Origin: an uncultured Pseudomonadales bacterium
Lineage (GTDB): Bacteria > Patescibacteriota > Microgenomatia > UBA1400 > MFAQ01
NCBI GenBank assembly: GCA_964357975.1
Contig: CAYHNG010000002.1
Coordinates: forward strand, 4,560-68,559
DNA: 64,000 bases
Direction of reading: 5' to 3'
Position numbers and translations under genes: made by a program. This document shows positions 38,879 through 48,615 of the stretch, one piece after another. How positions within the stretch are numbered: the stretch's first letter is position 1; each line of letters starts with the position of its first letter. Below the pieces are notes generated by a model that ran no database searches, was not told the DNA's origin, and was given only the letters and a program-made list of their open reading frames with translations.

Positions 38879-39875
38879 ACCAGGCTTCCGGTGGTAACTG
38901 TAACTGTGGGTAGATCCTGGTGATGGCCTGATCTTTTGAAAGTATCCAAACCAGACCTTTATTTTCCGAGAAAAGCACCATGTCGTTTTTTTGATTTACT
39001 GACGGTTTTATTTTCAGATTTAGTCTATTGATTTGTGAAGAGCTGGTGATAATTTGTTTGAATTGCTGTTTGCCGATATCGACCAACATGATGAAGTCGA
39101 GTAACCTTGGTTTGGTGACTTTTTCGACTAGATATAATTCGTCTTTTAGCCAAAAAGTGATAGATTCTTTGGTCGTATCGTCGAGCTTTATTTTGTTTAA
39201 TCCTTCGATATAAAGATACAAATACTCATTGTCTGTTGCGACGACGACCTTATTGTTTGAAGTGATTGAGATCGGATTGAACTGATTGGCTGTTTTAGCT
39301 ATCTCCGATTTTTGATTAGTGAGAAGGTTAACTACGTATAGTGATTTCTTGTCCTCAGACAAGGCGATAATCGAATTTGGTTTTTCGTACCAAATATAAC
39401 TAAAATACTCTCTTTCTTTTTGAGTGATGTCTTTTTCGACTAGAGTTTTCAAATTTAAAATTTTTTCTTTTTCAGGGGAGATTACCAAAGCCTCGCCATT
39501 GCTATTCAGGAGAGCAACTTCATTATTAGCAAGTTTTTTTATGGCTGTATTTGTGTAGGGGTTAAATATTTGTTGGTCCTTTATGACAATAGGAATATCA
39601 CCCATCCAACCTAATGATATGCTTTTATCTGAATTTGGAAGATGCCAAAACATAAACTGATACTGTTTCATGAACTTTTCAAACTCTGATTCGATTTGCA
39701 TAGTTGGTTGGACGGTAGGTTGCGTTTTTGTAGGTTCTAGAGGCTGGGGCGATGATGAAAATGGTTTGCGACTTTTGGTGAGGGTGTTTTGAGCGAATAG
39801 AATTAGTATGAGGAAGATAATTCCAATTACGATTATTAGCGTGGTTTTTTTGATTCGAGCTAGATTTAAGGACAT
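38862..39875 (-). CDS. Membrane-anchored extracytoplasmic protein; by position a PrgL/VirB8-like candidate
   Basis: N-terminal TM anchor, Pro-rich linker and beta-rich body. Translationally coupled (10-nt overlap) to the upstream hydrolase gene. No diagnostic motif. Confidence 0.35.
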   Translation of the reverse strand: MSLNLARIKKTTLIIVIGIIFLILILFAQNTLTKSRKPFSSSPQPLEPTKTQPTVQPTMQIESEFEKFMKQYQFMFWHLPNSDKSISLGWMGDIPIVIKDQQIFNPYTNTAIKKLANNEVALLNSNGEALVISPEKEKILNLKTLVEKDITQKEREYFSYIWYEKPNSIIALSEDKKSLYVVNLLTNQKSEIAKTANQFNPISITSNNKVVVATDNEYLYLYIEGLNKIKLDDTTKESITFWLKDELYLVEKVTKPRLLDFIMLVDIGKQQFKQIITSSSQINRLNLKIKPSVNQKNDMVLFSENKGLVWILSKDQAITRIYPQLQLPPEAWSNSAP

Positions 39876-42607
39876 TGTTGTTTGACTCGATTAATAAAAT
39901 AATCCAAAAATTCTACACCAGGATCATTCTTTCCCGGTCGTAATTCGTAATGCCCAAAGATCTGAGTGTAGGGAATATGGTACTGCTTCATCATAAAACA
40001 AGTAGAATTGACGGAAGACTGAATTTCTGCTTCACTGGGTGATTTTTCCTCCGGTTTGGTGGGAGATGTTCCGGGCGGAATAAACCAAGCTCCTACCATT
40101 TCATTGTTGAGACAGTAGTTATTTTCATTCCCCCCAACACAGTAGGCGAGCTCCGCCTTCTTTTCCCACATTTGTTGCCATTGCTGAACCGAGCCGTCTT
40201 GGTCGGTGCCAATTTGGCAAGAGAGACCCCTTTCTACAAGGGTATTGTAGGTGACATCATTGTTGGTCCAACCGCCACTCCAGTGGATGGTGATTTTGGT
40301 GGGGATGATACAGTAGCCGGATCTTCCTGGTCCAGTCAGAAGTTTTTTAACTACAGGGAATGATCCTGCCTGTACCATAATTTCGGCACCAGAGTCTTCT
40401 CCACAGTCCAGATTGTATACTCCACCACCAGGTTCTGTTCCTGGTCCCGGTCCACCACCCGGCCCTCCACCACCGCCATATTCTGCATAATCGACCTTAC
40501 TAAGACTATCGAATTGAACAATGGTGGAGAGGATGGGAGCAATTAAATAAGATATGGCAACATAAAGTCCTACGACAATGATAGCTCCGATAATGATACC
40601 TATGGCAGAAATCACGGCAATCTGGACAGATCTTCTGAGAATGATTAGTCCACGTATAAAAGTGGTCCCTGCGGTGACGGCGACCGCTCCTGCAGCAACG
40701 ACGGGAATAATCAAATCTCTAGATCTGAATTTGTCTCCCCAGCCCAGTTCTCTCCAAGTATTATCTAATCCTTTTTTGGCTAGACCGATGGTTTGTTCAG
40801 CAACAAAAATGATGGCTTGAATGGCAACATCAACGATGACTCCTAGTCCGGGAATAATGGCATTGAGAGACTCGGCCGTCACACTAATACCAAGCTTGAC
40901 AGCGGCCCAGGTAACGACTTTGACAGCCGCTTTGGAAAGAGCTTGAGAAGCTAGCTTTTTGACTCCATCTTTAAGACCCTCCCTCAACAACAGGTTAGGG
41001 GCATTTTTGAGAGCCTCACTCCCGAATCTTTCAACCAACCTCTTGGCTATTTGTTCGCCGGCTTTTTTACCGGCCCATTGTTTGAGAGATCCAACCGGGT
41101 TCGTAACTATACCGATGATTTGGTTGCCTTTACTTACAGCCTGAAGAACATCTTTGCCGAGTTTGGAGTTTTCTATCTCACGGATAGAGCGTCTGGCGGC
41201 TTGAAAAACTTTGGTATTGTTGGCGAGAAACTTAGCGGTAGCCGAATTGGGGTTGGTGGTGGCGTATTTTTCGGCTTGGCGAAGAACACTACCGGAAACT
41301 CCTTTGGAATAGGCCAGTATGGCCTGACCTTGACCTCCTCCAATGATGGCGGCGGCTTGGGCACCTTCATAACTGGCATACTGGTGAATTCCGGGAATGT
41401 CTTTTTGAATAACAGTGATCAGTCCGGCGATTTTGTCCAGATCCGAAAAACCTCTGGGTTCGATTCCTTTGCTCTTGAAGGCATTATCGTATAGATTCTC
41501 CTGGATCTTAAAAACTTTGTCGTTAGCAGCATTAGAGAATTCCAAGAGATCCTGGTCTTTTTTTTGATGATCGGCTATTGCCGAAGTGTGTTGTTTGTAT
41601 CTCTCTGATTGGGAGTCAACAAAATCAGTAAACCGGGTGGATGTTTTGTTGAGACTAGAGGTGAGACTAGAGTTGACTTTGAGCAATTCAGCAAGTTGTT
41701 TCTCTTCGGAAGCAGAAAGGGTGGCTTTTGAATGCAGAATATCGATGGCGGCTTCGTTTTGGGACAACTTATCTTCAATGTCTCTGATTTCCAGTTCGAT
41801 ATCATTAATTTCTTCAACTACTTCCGAGACAAAAGAAGTGGAAATATCTTTCACTCCTAGTTGAAGAGAAACTGTTTGAATAGCAACATCAAGATCGATG
41901 ATACCGATGGTGTTTAGTTCGACTGCCTGCGAAATTATTTGGTTTTGAAGATGTGGTGAGAGTTCTTCAAAACCTTCATAGGTAAAGGCTATACGCTGGA
42001 CAGCTTTGTAAGATGGTGCAAGTGTATTTTTTACTGAGCCATCTTTGGGTGAGCCGAGATCAACAATGGTTTTGTCGATATCACGAAATTTTTCTCCCGC
42101 CTCTTCGCGTTCACGGCGATTGGCCATGATTTGTTCGCGGATATTGGAATGAGCGAGAGCAATCTTGACTTGTTCGGCGACGGTGCGTTGACCACTGGAC
42201 TTAACCTCCTTTTCGTTTAACCGAGCTTGATTTTGACGATATTCTTCGACGAGACCTTCAATTTCCGGGGGAACAGAAGTCTCCTCCTTAACAGATTGTC
42301 TTCCTCCTTCTCCCTCGTCCTGATTTGAAAGCCAACTGTAGAAATTGATAATTTCTTGTATTTCAACAGCATCAGAAACAAACTTTTTAAAATTATTGGT
42401 GTTAACTAAATGATTTTCAACCAGAGAAGTGGGCCATAAAGTGATCTTTTTGTTGATCTTCTTAAGTTGTTTGAAATAGTTGTGGTAATAACCAGAGCCG
42501 ACACTAAACCATTGAAAGATATCATTCTGATTTTTTTCGGTTATTTCGCTTCGGAGTGCCTTTTGAACTTGTCCCAGCTCGTATATTTCTGTCTCGTAAT
42601 TGGCCAT
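39866..42607 (-). CDS. PrgK-like T4SS cell-wall hydrolase: long coiled coil, TM segments, Gly/Pro linker, C-terminal amidase_2/PGRP-like domain
   Basis: Central TM helices (VAAGAVAVTAG...IGIIIGAIIVVGLYVAI), a GGGGPGGGPGPG linker, and C-terminal ITIHWSGG...FGHYELRPGKNDPG (amidase_2-like). Sits immediately downstream of VirB4. Confidence 0.5.
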   Translation of the reverse strand: MANYETEIYELGQVQKALRSEITEKNQNDIFQWFSVGSGYYHNYFKQLKKINKKITLWPTSLVENHLVNTNNFKKFVSDAVEIQEIINFYSWLSNQDEGEGGRQSVKEETSVPPEIEGLVEEYRQNQARLNEKEVKSSGQRTVAEQVKIALAHSNIREQIMANRREREEAGEKFRDIDKTIVDLGSPKDGSVKNTLAPSYKAVQRIAFTYEGFEELSPHLQNQIISQAVELNTIGIIDLDVAIQTVSLQLGVKDISTSFVSEVVEEINDIELEIRDIEDKLSQNEAAIDILHSKATLSASEEKQLAELLKVNSSLTSSLNKTSTRFTDFVDSQSERYKQHTSAIADHQKKDQDLLEFSNAANDKVFKIQENLYDNAFKSKGIEPRGFSDLDKIAGLITVIQKDIPGIHQYASYEGAQAAAIIGGGQGQAILAYSKGVSGSVLRQAEKYATTNPNSATAKFLANNTKVFQAARRSIREIENSKLGKDVLQAVSKGNQIIGIVTNPVGSLKQWAGKKAGEQIAKRLVERFGSEALKNAPNLLLREGLKDGVKKLASQALSKAAVKVVTWAAVKLGISVTAESLNAIIPGLGVIVDVAIQAIIFVAEQTIGLAKKGLDNTWRELGWGDKFRSRDLIIPVVAAGAVAVTAGTTFIRGLIILRRSVQIAVISAIGIIIGAIIVVGLYVAISYLIAPILSTIVQFDSLSKVDYAEYGGGGGPGGGPGPGTEPGGGVYNLDCGEDSGAEIMVQAGSFPVVKKLLTGPGRSGYCIIPTKITIHWSGGWTNNDVTYNTLVERGLSCQIGTDQDGSVQQWQQMWEKKAELAYCVGGNENNYCLNNEMVGAWFIPPGTSPTKPEEKSPSEAEIQSSVNSTCFMMKQYHIPYTQIFGHYELRPGKNDPGVEFLDYFINRVKQQCP

Positions 42608-42609
42608 AG

Positions 42610-44514
42610 TTAGGGATTAGATGGCTCGGCGATTTCTTGGGGTTGGTCCTGAGAAGCGGCTTCGGCGGCGGCACGAAGTTTGTCTTGCTTTTGCCGTTCA
42701 AGAATCTCAGCCGGCTTACTGGTAGCCAGAGCGTGTTCATCAGCAGAGGAAATAATTTTGATGGCCACGTGATTCATGCCAGCAAAGAAGATACCTTCTC
42801 CAACGCCGGCCGAAAGAAGTAATTGTTTCTCCCCTTGAGAGAGATAGAAGACTTCGGAGATTTGATTGATAGCGGCGGATGACTGTTTGAGTAGTAATTT
42901 GAGAGCCGAGTTGGTGATGATGGCTTTGCCGTAGGCTGAACCCAGAAAGTCGTCAACGTTTTGTGAAATGATGGAAACACCGAAGTAATACTTACGTGCG
43001 CGTTTGACAAAGCCTTGAAGGATTTTGGCTGAATCTTCATAGCGCATCAAGTACCAAGCTTCATCAACGACGAGCATTCTTTTGCGAAGATTTTTGCGAA
43101 CTTCGTTCCAAACAAAGTCCAAAATCATAAACATAATGATGGGCCGAATCTCATCGGCGGTATCCCGGAGGGTAAAAACAGTAATGGGAGCATTGATATC
43201 AATATTGCTCTGCTGATCGAAGATACCTTTGACGGCACCCATGACGAAACGTTCAAGCCTGGCGGCTAGTGTTTTACTAACAGCTTCTTCCATACCGATC
43301 AGGGAACGATAAAGATCTTCCATGCGTGGTGGTTCGAGAGTGTGAGTGGATGGGTCTTCGGTAATGCCTTTTTGGCGATAAGTGAGAACAAGAGCGCGGT
43401 TCATGGTAGCTTCTTCAATGGGATCCATTTGACCAATCATGATTTTGAGAAGAGACATGAGGAAAAGGTATTTGTAGCCCATTTCGTCTTCGGTACTCTC
43501 TTTGGGTCGAGCAATTTGGAAGGGATTAATTTTGTGGGAGGCGCTGGCCGAAAAAGAGAGGTAGTTACCACCGACCGATTTGGTGACCATTTCGTACTCG
43601 TTTTCAGGGTCGAGAATAATTACCTGGCAATCGAACATAAGAGATCGAAGAATCTCGAGCTTAACAGCAAAAGATTTTCCGGCACCGGAAGTGGCTAAAA
43701 TGAGCATGTTAGCATTTTCGAGGGAGAAACGGTCGAAAATAACGAGAGAGTCGTTATGGGCGTTGATCCCGTAAAGAATTCCTTGATTATCGGAGAGTTC
43801 GGAGGAAGTAAAAGGGAAAGTCGTGGACAGAGCAGTGGTGTCCATATTTCTTGTGAGCATAAGTTTATCCTTGCAATAGGGAAGAGTGCTTTTGAATGCA
43901 TCTTCCATTGAGAGGGATGCAATCTTGCTGATGATTAAAAGTGACGCCAACATAGATTGAATTTGGGCGGTAGAGGTATCCAATTCTTTTTCGGATTCGG
44001 CGGAGATGCTGACATAGAGTGAGAATTGAAAAAACTTCTCGGCGCCTTTGACAAGCTGAGATTGGAGAACTTTGGCGTCTTCGAGACCGGCTTCGGTAGC
44101 GGCACGAGGAATGCGACCTCGTTCGATATCGGTGTTTATTTCAGCTTCCATCTCGGCAATACGGCGGCGTAAACTATCGAGAGTATCTTTGGAGTCTGAG
44201 GGGTAGATAAACATGGAAATGTCCAAAGAGTGGTTGAAGTTGATTAAAGGAGAGAGCCAGTTGGCGGAAACGTAGCGAGGATAACCGGTGACAAAAAGAG
44301 TACGGATATAAACATCGTCAATTTTGATGTGAGAAAAATCGACTTCAACGGCAGAAGGGGCGATAATATCTTGGATAGATTGACTAGAAGCGGCGGATTT
44401 TTGATCTACAGTTGAGGGAGTAGCTTGCGTGACATTAGAAACCGGCGGGGTGACGGGTGTAGAGGTAGCCGGTACGCTTTGTTTTTTGCCAAGAGAAAAA
44501 AGGTTCAAAGCCAT
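42610..44514 (-). CDS. VirB4/PrgJ/TrbE-family T4SS ATPase
   Basis: Walker A ILATSGAGKSFA, ILDPENEY and Walker B MLVVDEAWYLM (the DEAW hallmark), with a VirB4-like N-terminal domain. Confidence 0.75.
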   Translation of the reverse strand: MALNLFSLGKKQSVPATSTPVTPPVSNVTQATPSTVDQKSAASSQSIQDIIAPSAVEVDFSHIKIDDVYIRTLFVTGYPRYVSANWLSPLINFNHSLDISMFIYPSDSKDTLDSLRRRIAEMEAEINTDIERGRIPRAATEAGLEDAKVLQSQLVKGAEKFFQFSLYVSISAESEKELDTSTAQIQSMLASLLIISKIASLSMEDAFKSTLPYCKDKLMLTRNMDTTALSTTFPFTSSELSDNQGILYGINAHNDSLVIFDRFSLENANMLILATSGAGKSFAVKLEILRSLMFDCQVIILDPENEYEMVTKSVGGNYLSFSASASHKINPFQIARPKESTEDEMGYKYLFLMSLLKIMIGQMDPIEEATMNRALVLTYRQKGITEDPSTHTLEPPRMEDLYRSLIGMEEAVSKTLAARLERFVMGAVKGIFDQQSNIDINAPITVFTLRDTADEIRPIIMFMILDFVWNEVRKNLRKRMLVVDEAWYLMRYEDSAKILQGFVKRARKYYFGVSIISQNVDDFLGSAYGKAIITNSALKLLLKQSSAAINQISEVFYLSQGEKQLLLSAGVGEGIFFAGMNHVAIKIISSADEHALATSKPAEILERQKQDKLRAAAEAASQDQPQEIAEPSNP

Positions 44515-44543
44515 GATTTAAGTATAACTGAAGTTAGGAAGTT

Positions 44544-45194
44544 TTAGGAGGCGTTTGATCTTCCTGGAGTGATTGCCTGAGTAACACTGCCTTGATTGTA
44601 GATAGTATAAAAGAGAGTGACCAATTCACTGGTAGTTAGCTGGTTAGCCTTAAGACCGATCCTGGCGAACTGACGAATAATGTGATCGCGTCTGGGGTAG
44701 AGAGCCATAGAAGCTTTCTCTTCGATATACTGCAGATCGAAAGGAGGTTTTTGGGGTGATTTGGATAGAGGATTGAAGCTGGATTTGGTCAGACCCAGTT
44801 CGACCGCAGAGAAAGAGACGATAACGTAAAACTTTTTTTCGAGGACACGATTTTCTTTGACAAGAGACTTTACAAATTGCCGATAGGAAAGAAGCTGTTC
44901 TTTAACCTTCTGCGAAGGGGTAATCTGGATACGATTATCCAGAAGGTTAATGTAATCGGATATATTTTTGCGCTGTGATCTGATGAGAATTTGAATAGAG
45001 AAAGACAGCGAATTTAACAAACCGGCATAGCCGTAAATGGTAGCATCTTGCTCTTCTTCGGAAAGCAAATTGAAGTTGATGGCAGTGGTTTTGAGAACCA
45101 ATGAACAAGAACCATCTTTCAAAAAAATCAAATGGTTTTTGATGGTGTAGATGTCTAGGCTTTCCTGTGTTGAGGATTTGATGTTTTCGGACAT
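44544..45194 (-). CDS. T4SS-associated hypothetical protein (216 aa)
   Basis: Tightly packed between the PrgI-like gene and VirB4. No motif recognised. Confidence 0.4.
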   Translation of the reverse strand: MSENIKSSTQESLDIYTIKNHLIFLKDGSCSLVLKTTAINFNLLSEEEQDATIYGYAGLLNSLSFSIQILIRSQRKNISDYINLLDNRIQITPSQKVKEQLLSYRQFVKSLVKENRVLEKKFYVIVSFSAVELGLTKSSFNPLSKSPQKPPFDLQYIEEKASMALYPRRDHIIRQFARIGLKANQLTTSELVTLFYTIYNQGSVTQAITPGRSNAS

Positions 45195-45196
45195 GA

Positions 45197-46201
45197 TTAG
45201 ATGGCTTGAATTTTAAGAGGTCGAATAATGGCTCCGGAAAGGTCGAGAGAGTATGGGGAAAAAGTAAAATCTTCTTTTTCGGCCAGGATTTGATAAAGGC
45301 CATTTTCCAAAGGGCGGGCAAACATAAACTGGCCGAGTTTGTTACTTTTGGTAGCTCGGGAGGTGAGTCCGTTGTGTTGAATTTCCACCAGGACTCCGTC
45401 GAGAATTTTTCCTTCCGGGGTCAGAGTCAGGCCGACAAGAGTGTTGGGGGTCGTAGGGGTGAAAGGAATGGGGAGCTGGGCTACTTGGGAAGTTGTTGGT
45501 TCAGGGTTGCTGGTTATTTCAACCACAGGCTGATCTGCCTTTGGCTGAGGTGCGGGTGTGATGGAGGGGGATTTCTCCACTACGGTCGAAATGACGGGAG
45601 TGACTGACGCGGTGGGGGTGGGTGTAACGGATTCCGGTAGAGGAGCATTTGGGGTGATGATGACAGGAGTGATTTGGACAACGGGGGGTGACGTAATAGG
45701 GGTTGTGGAGTGAGATTCCTCCACTCGGGTACCAGCGGCCTCCGCTCCCGCCTGCAAAAGCTGTGCTTTAGTGTCTGCGGGCAAGTCGGTCGGAATGACA
45801 GATGGGGAAGTATCGGTGACACCAGTAGAGAGCTCGATACGAGCGTTAGAGACGGCTTGAGTACCAATATTGGGTCCGGTAGGTAAGGCCATATCCTCAT
45901 CTACTACTTTGGAATGTCTCCAAATATATTGAGTAGGTGAATAAATTGAGCGGATAAAAGCAAGAATCCAGACATCCAAAGAGCGTCCTTGAACCGGGAC
46001 AAAAGCCATACCTACTCCAAGAACAATAAAAAGAAAGGAGAGTGGATACTTAAAGAAGAAAGGCAATGGCAAACTGTAAATTACGATAGCCAGAACAATA
46101 GAGATGCCAAGTGAGGCGAACTGTTTGATGGTCATGTCACCGATCAGGCGGAAGCGGTAGGAACTGATGTCTTGTGGTAGTGGATGTTGTTGGATGGCCA
46201 T
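45197..46201 (-). CDS. PrgI/VirB3-like two-TM protein with long Pro/Thr-rich extracellular tail; contains two in-frame family-A repeats
   Basis: N-terminal FRLIGDMTIKQFASLGISIVLAIVIY...LSFLFIVLGVGMAF (PrgI-like two-TM module). The tail includes the repeat-encoded segments TPVISTVVEKS and SVIPTDLPADTKAQLLQAGAEAAGTRVEESHS. Confidence 0.45.
   Translation of the reverse strand: MAIQQHPLPQDISSYRFRLIGDMTIKQFASLGISIVLAIVIYSLPLPFFFKYPLSFLFIVLGVGMAFVPVQGRSLDVWILAFIRSIYSPTQYIWRHSKVVDEDMALPTGPNIGTQAVSNARIELSTGVTDTSPSVIPTDLPADTKAQLLQAGAEAAGTRVEESHSTTPITSPPVVQITPVIITPNAPLPESVTPTPTASVTPVISTVVEKSPSITPAPQPKADQPVVEITSNPEPTTSQVAQLPIPFTPTTPNTLVGLTLTPEGKILDGVLVEIQHNGLTSRATKSNKLGQFMFARPLENGLYQILAEKEDFTFSPYSLDLSGAIIRPLKIQAI
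45562..45600. repeat. Family-A repeat, copy A7 (in frame inside the PrgI-like gene)
   Basis: GGAGGGGGATTTCTCCACTACGGTCGAAATGACGGGAG. Confidence 0.65.
45705..45800. repeat. Family-A long variant, copy A8 (in frame inside the PrgI-like gene)
   Basis: GTGGAGTGAGATTCCTCCACTCGGGTACCAGCGGCCTCCGCTCCCGCCTGCAAAAGCTGTGCTTTAGTGTCTGCGGGCAAGTCGGTCGGAATGACAG. Confidence 0.7.
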
Positions 46202-46506
46202 GTCGTAGTGCGAAGTGCTTGGTTATTGGTTGCTGGTTCGATGAGTCTAGTTAAGTATATCTTGTCTGGTGGAATTTGGGAAAAATATTCTATATATCTG
46301 CTGAGTTAAAATGTTAAGATGAGAGTGAGATGCAATTTTTGTTGTGCAATTACAGATGGAAAGTTTGGAACAAGTTTTTTTATCGGGAGTTCGATGATGA
46401 TCTGGACTACGATGCATCAATTGATCCTCGCAAACTACATAATAAAAAAAGAACAAAGAAGAAATTTGAGGGGGGGAAAAAGGGAGGAGTTAAACGAGGA
46501 GAAGAG

Positions 46507-48579
46507 ATGCTGGTGATGGACAGTCAAGAACCTGCTGTGGAAGAAGTAAATAAACCTAAGACAAGAAGTGTTGTGCGGTTGGAACAAATGGGGTTTTCAA
46601 GTAGTGAGAGTGGAAGCAGCTTGGAGCGAGCGTTGGCGTTCGACGTTCTTGCTAGAGTATTGGCCTTACCCGAAGGAACAGTTTTGAAGCTGGAAATTCC
46701 AGTAATAAAAGAAGGGGAGAGAGTTGTTGAAACACAGGATATTGAATTGAATTTAGAAGCTTTTCGAGAGGATAAAGATGGTGAAATTTTTAAAGCTCTA
46801 GCGCGCCATTTTTGGCAAGATCTAGCCGCGCACGGGATCGAACAGGCTTCAAAGGAAGTGGGTCAACAACCAAAAATGTTACAGTATTCCGATGCGGACG
46901 GAGAACTTTGCTTGAGGTTTATGAGGGAAGCTGGGATAAAAAGTCCAGGTATCGAGTATGTAAAAAAAGGTGATCATGCCACTGGAAAAGTCACGGTGGA
47001 CAGTGGAGGTAAAAACGGTATCTTTGTCGAACTAAATTGGGTTGGAAATCCTGGAGAAGAAAGATGGGTGGTAACGACAAGGGTTGATCACCACGGTGAA
47101 GGTGACGACGCTAGTCCAAGCGCCGCGGAGATTATTTACAAGGCGCTAGTAGGTTTGGGTCTGTTGGAGAGTAAGGTCAGCTACGAAAAAGCGGTTGAAT
47201 TTTTGAACGCTACAGATAGTGGAAATATTCCTGGAGTTTTGAGTAAAGAAGAGATGCCAAATTATTTTAAGAATAAGTTTGCAAAATCTTTGTATGGCTT
47301 GCAAGAATTCTTAACAGGAGAAGACATAATAACAGTATTTAAAATGAACGGAAAGCCTCTTGAAGAGTTATCTCCAAAACAGAAGGAGGCTATTAAGACA
47401 AAAGGTTTTACCAAAGCAAAAGAAGGTGAAACAAAAATTGACAAAAGAATTGCGCAAGTCCAAGAGAAGGTTAATAAATCAATTACGGCAATAGAGAAGT
47501 TGATTGCAGAAGGTTGTGTGCTGGAGACGGAAAAGTACGGACGCATTCTAGTGGATATTGGAGGAACGGTTCCTTTGACAGCTAGAGCGGCGAGACTAAT
47601 GGGATTTGATGGATATATAAATTGGAAGCCGGAAGATAAGTTTTTTATGGTAGTGGCTGATAATAAAATTGATTTTGATTTAAAAGATGGTATTAAAGTC
47701 AGAAATATGTGGATCAAGAAAGATGGTGCCGGGTTGGAGATTGGCTTGGGAGATATTGTGAAGGAAATGAAAGGTGAAAAGGGAAGGCTTGGAAAAGGCT
47801 TGGAAACTTATTTGGGTGTGACTGCTGCGACAGAAGAGACTAAAGCTAAGGAAAGACTGGTTTGGTATGACGAGATTTTGGAGGATTTGGATAAGATTAC
47901 ACTGTTGGACGATGAAATGGTCGTTAATGGAGAAAGGCTACGAGAGGGTATGTATTCTGGTCAAGAGGATGCATTAATAATAAAAATGGATGAAGTCCGC
48001 CGTGATACAGCCGCGAAACTCAGAAAGAAGGGGATTAAACTGGAAACACTTTCGATAGATCCGAACAGAGTAAAAGAATACAAACTTCGAAGAGACTTAC
48101 GGGCGGCGGTGGAGTATTTGAGAGAGGAAAATGTTTCACAGGAGGCGAGGGAAGTTTGGAAGACTAGGGCAGAAGCTGTTGTGTTTTTGAATGGAATTGG
48201 CATAGGGGATCGTGTTGGAGTGGATTACTTGCCGGATTCTGAGGATGCGAAGGAGGTGAAAGAGGCAGTGTCCGTGCCTGTGACTGAAAATAAAGAGGAG
48301 AGAAAGGCTAGGATTGAAAATATGTTAATCCAACTATCCGAGCTGGGTGATGCAGGTGGGGAAAGGGAGGCTATTTTAGCCTCGTTGGAAGCTGAAGGGA
48401 TAAAGGTAAGGAAGTTCTTGGCGGATATGGAGAAAGCCGCACCTGGTAAATCTAAGGACTTGATGCTGCAACTTAGAGCCGTAGTAGAGGTTTGGAGGAT
48501 GAGTGAAGTAAAAAAAGCCGAGTTTCCCGCCATGACGAAGATTGCTGGTGCCTACGCACGCTTGTTGGGTCTTGGGTGA
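46507..48579 (+). CDS. Large charged hypothetical protein (about 690 aa from the preferred start), T4SS-linked orphan
   Basis: Long ORF with high coding quality. The ATG at 46507 is preceded by GGAGGAG...GAGGAG. The track start at 46330 gives a Lys-rich, unlikely N-terminus. Confidence 0.5.
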   Translation: MLVMDSQEPAVEEVNKPKTRSVVRLEQMGFSSSESGSSLERALAFDVLARVLALPEGTVLKLEIPVIKEGERVVETQDIELNLEAFREDKDGEIFKALARHFWQDLAAHGIEQASKEVGQQPKMLQYSDADGELCLRFMREAGIKSPGIEYVKKGDHATGKVTVDSGGKNGIFVELNWVGNPGEERWVVTTRVDHHGEGDDASPSAAEIIYKALVGLGLLESKVSYEKAVEFLNATDSGNIPGVLSKEEMPNYFKNKFAKSLYGLQEFLTGEDIITVFKMNGKPLEELSPKQKEAIKTKGFTKAKEGETKIDKRIAQVQEKVNKSITAIEKLIAEGCVLETEKYGRILVDIGGTVPLTARAARLMGFDGYINWKPEDKFFMVVADNKIDFDLKDGIKVRNMWIKKDGAGLEIGLGDIVKEMKGEKGRLGKGLETYLGVTAATEETKAKERLVWYDEILEDLDKITLLDDEMVVNGERLREGMYSGQEDALIIKMDEVRRDTAAKLRKKGIKLETLSIDPNRVKEYKLRRDLRAAVEYLREENVSQEAREVWKTRAEAVVFLNGIGIGDRVGVDYLPDSEDAKEVKEAVSVPVTENKEERKARIENMLIQLSELGDAGGEREAILASLEAEGIKVRKFLADMEKAAPGKSKDLMLQLRAVVEVWRMSEVKKAEFPAMTKIAGAYARLLGLG

Positions 48580-48615
48580 TATAATTGAGGCTGAGATTAG
48601 ATATATTTTTCAAAA

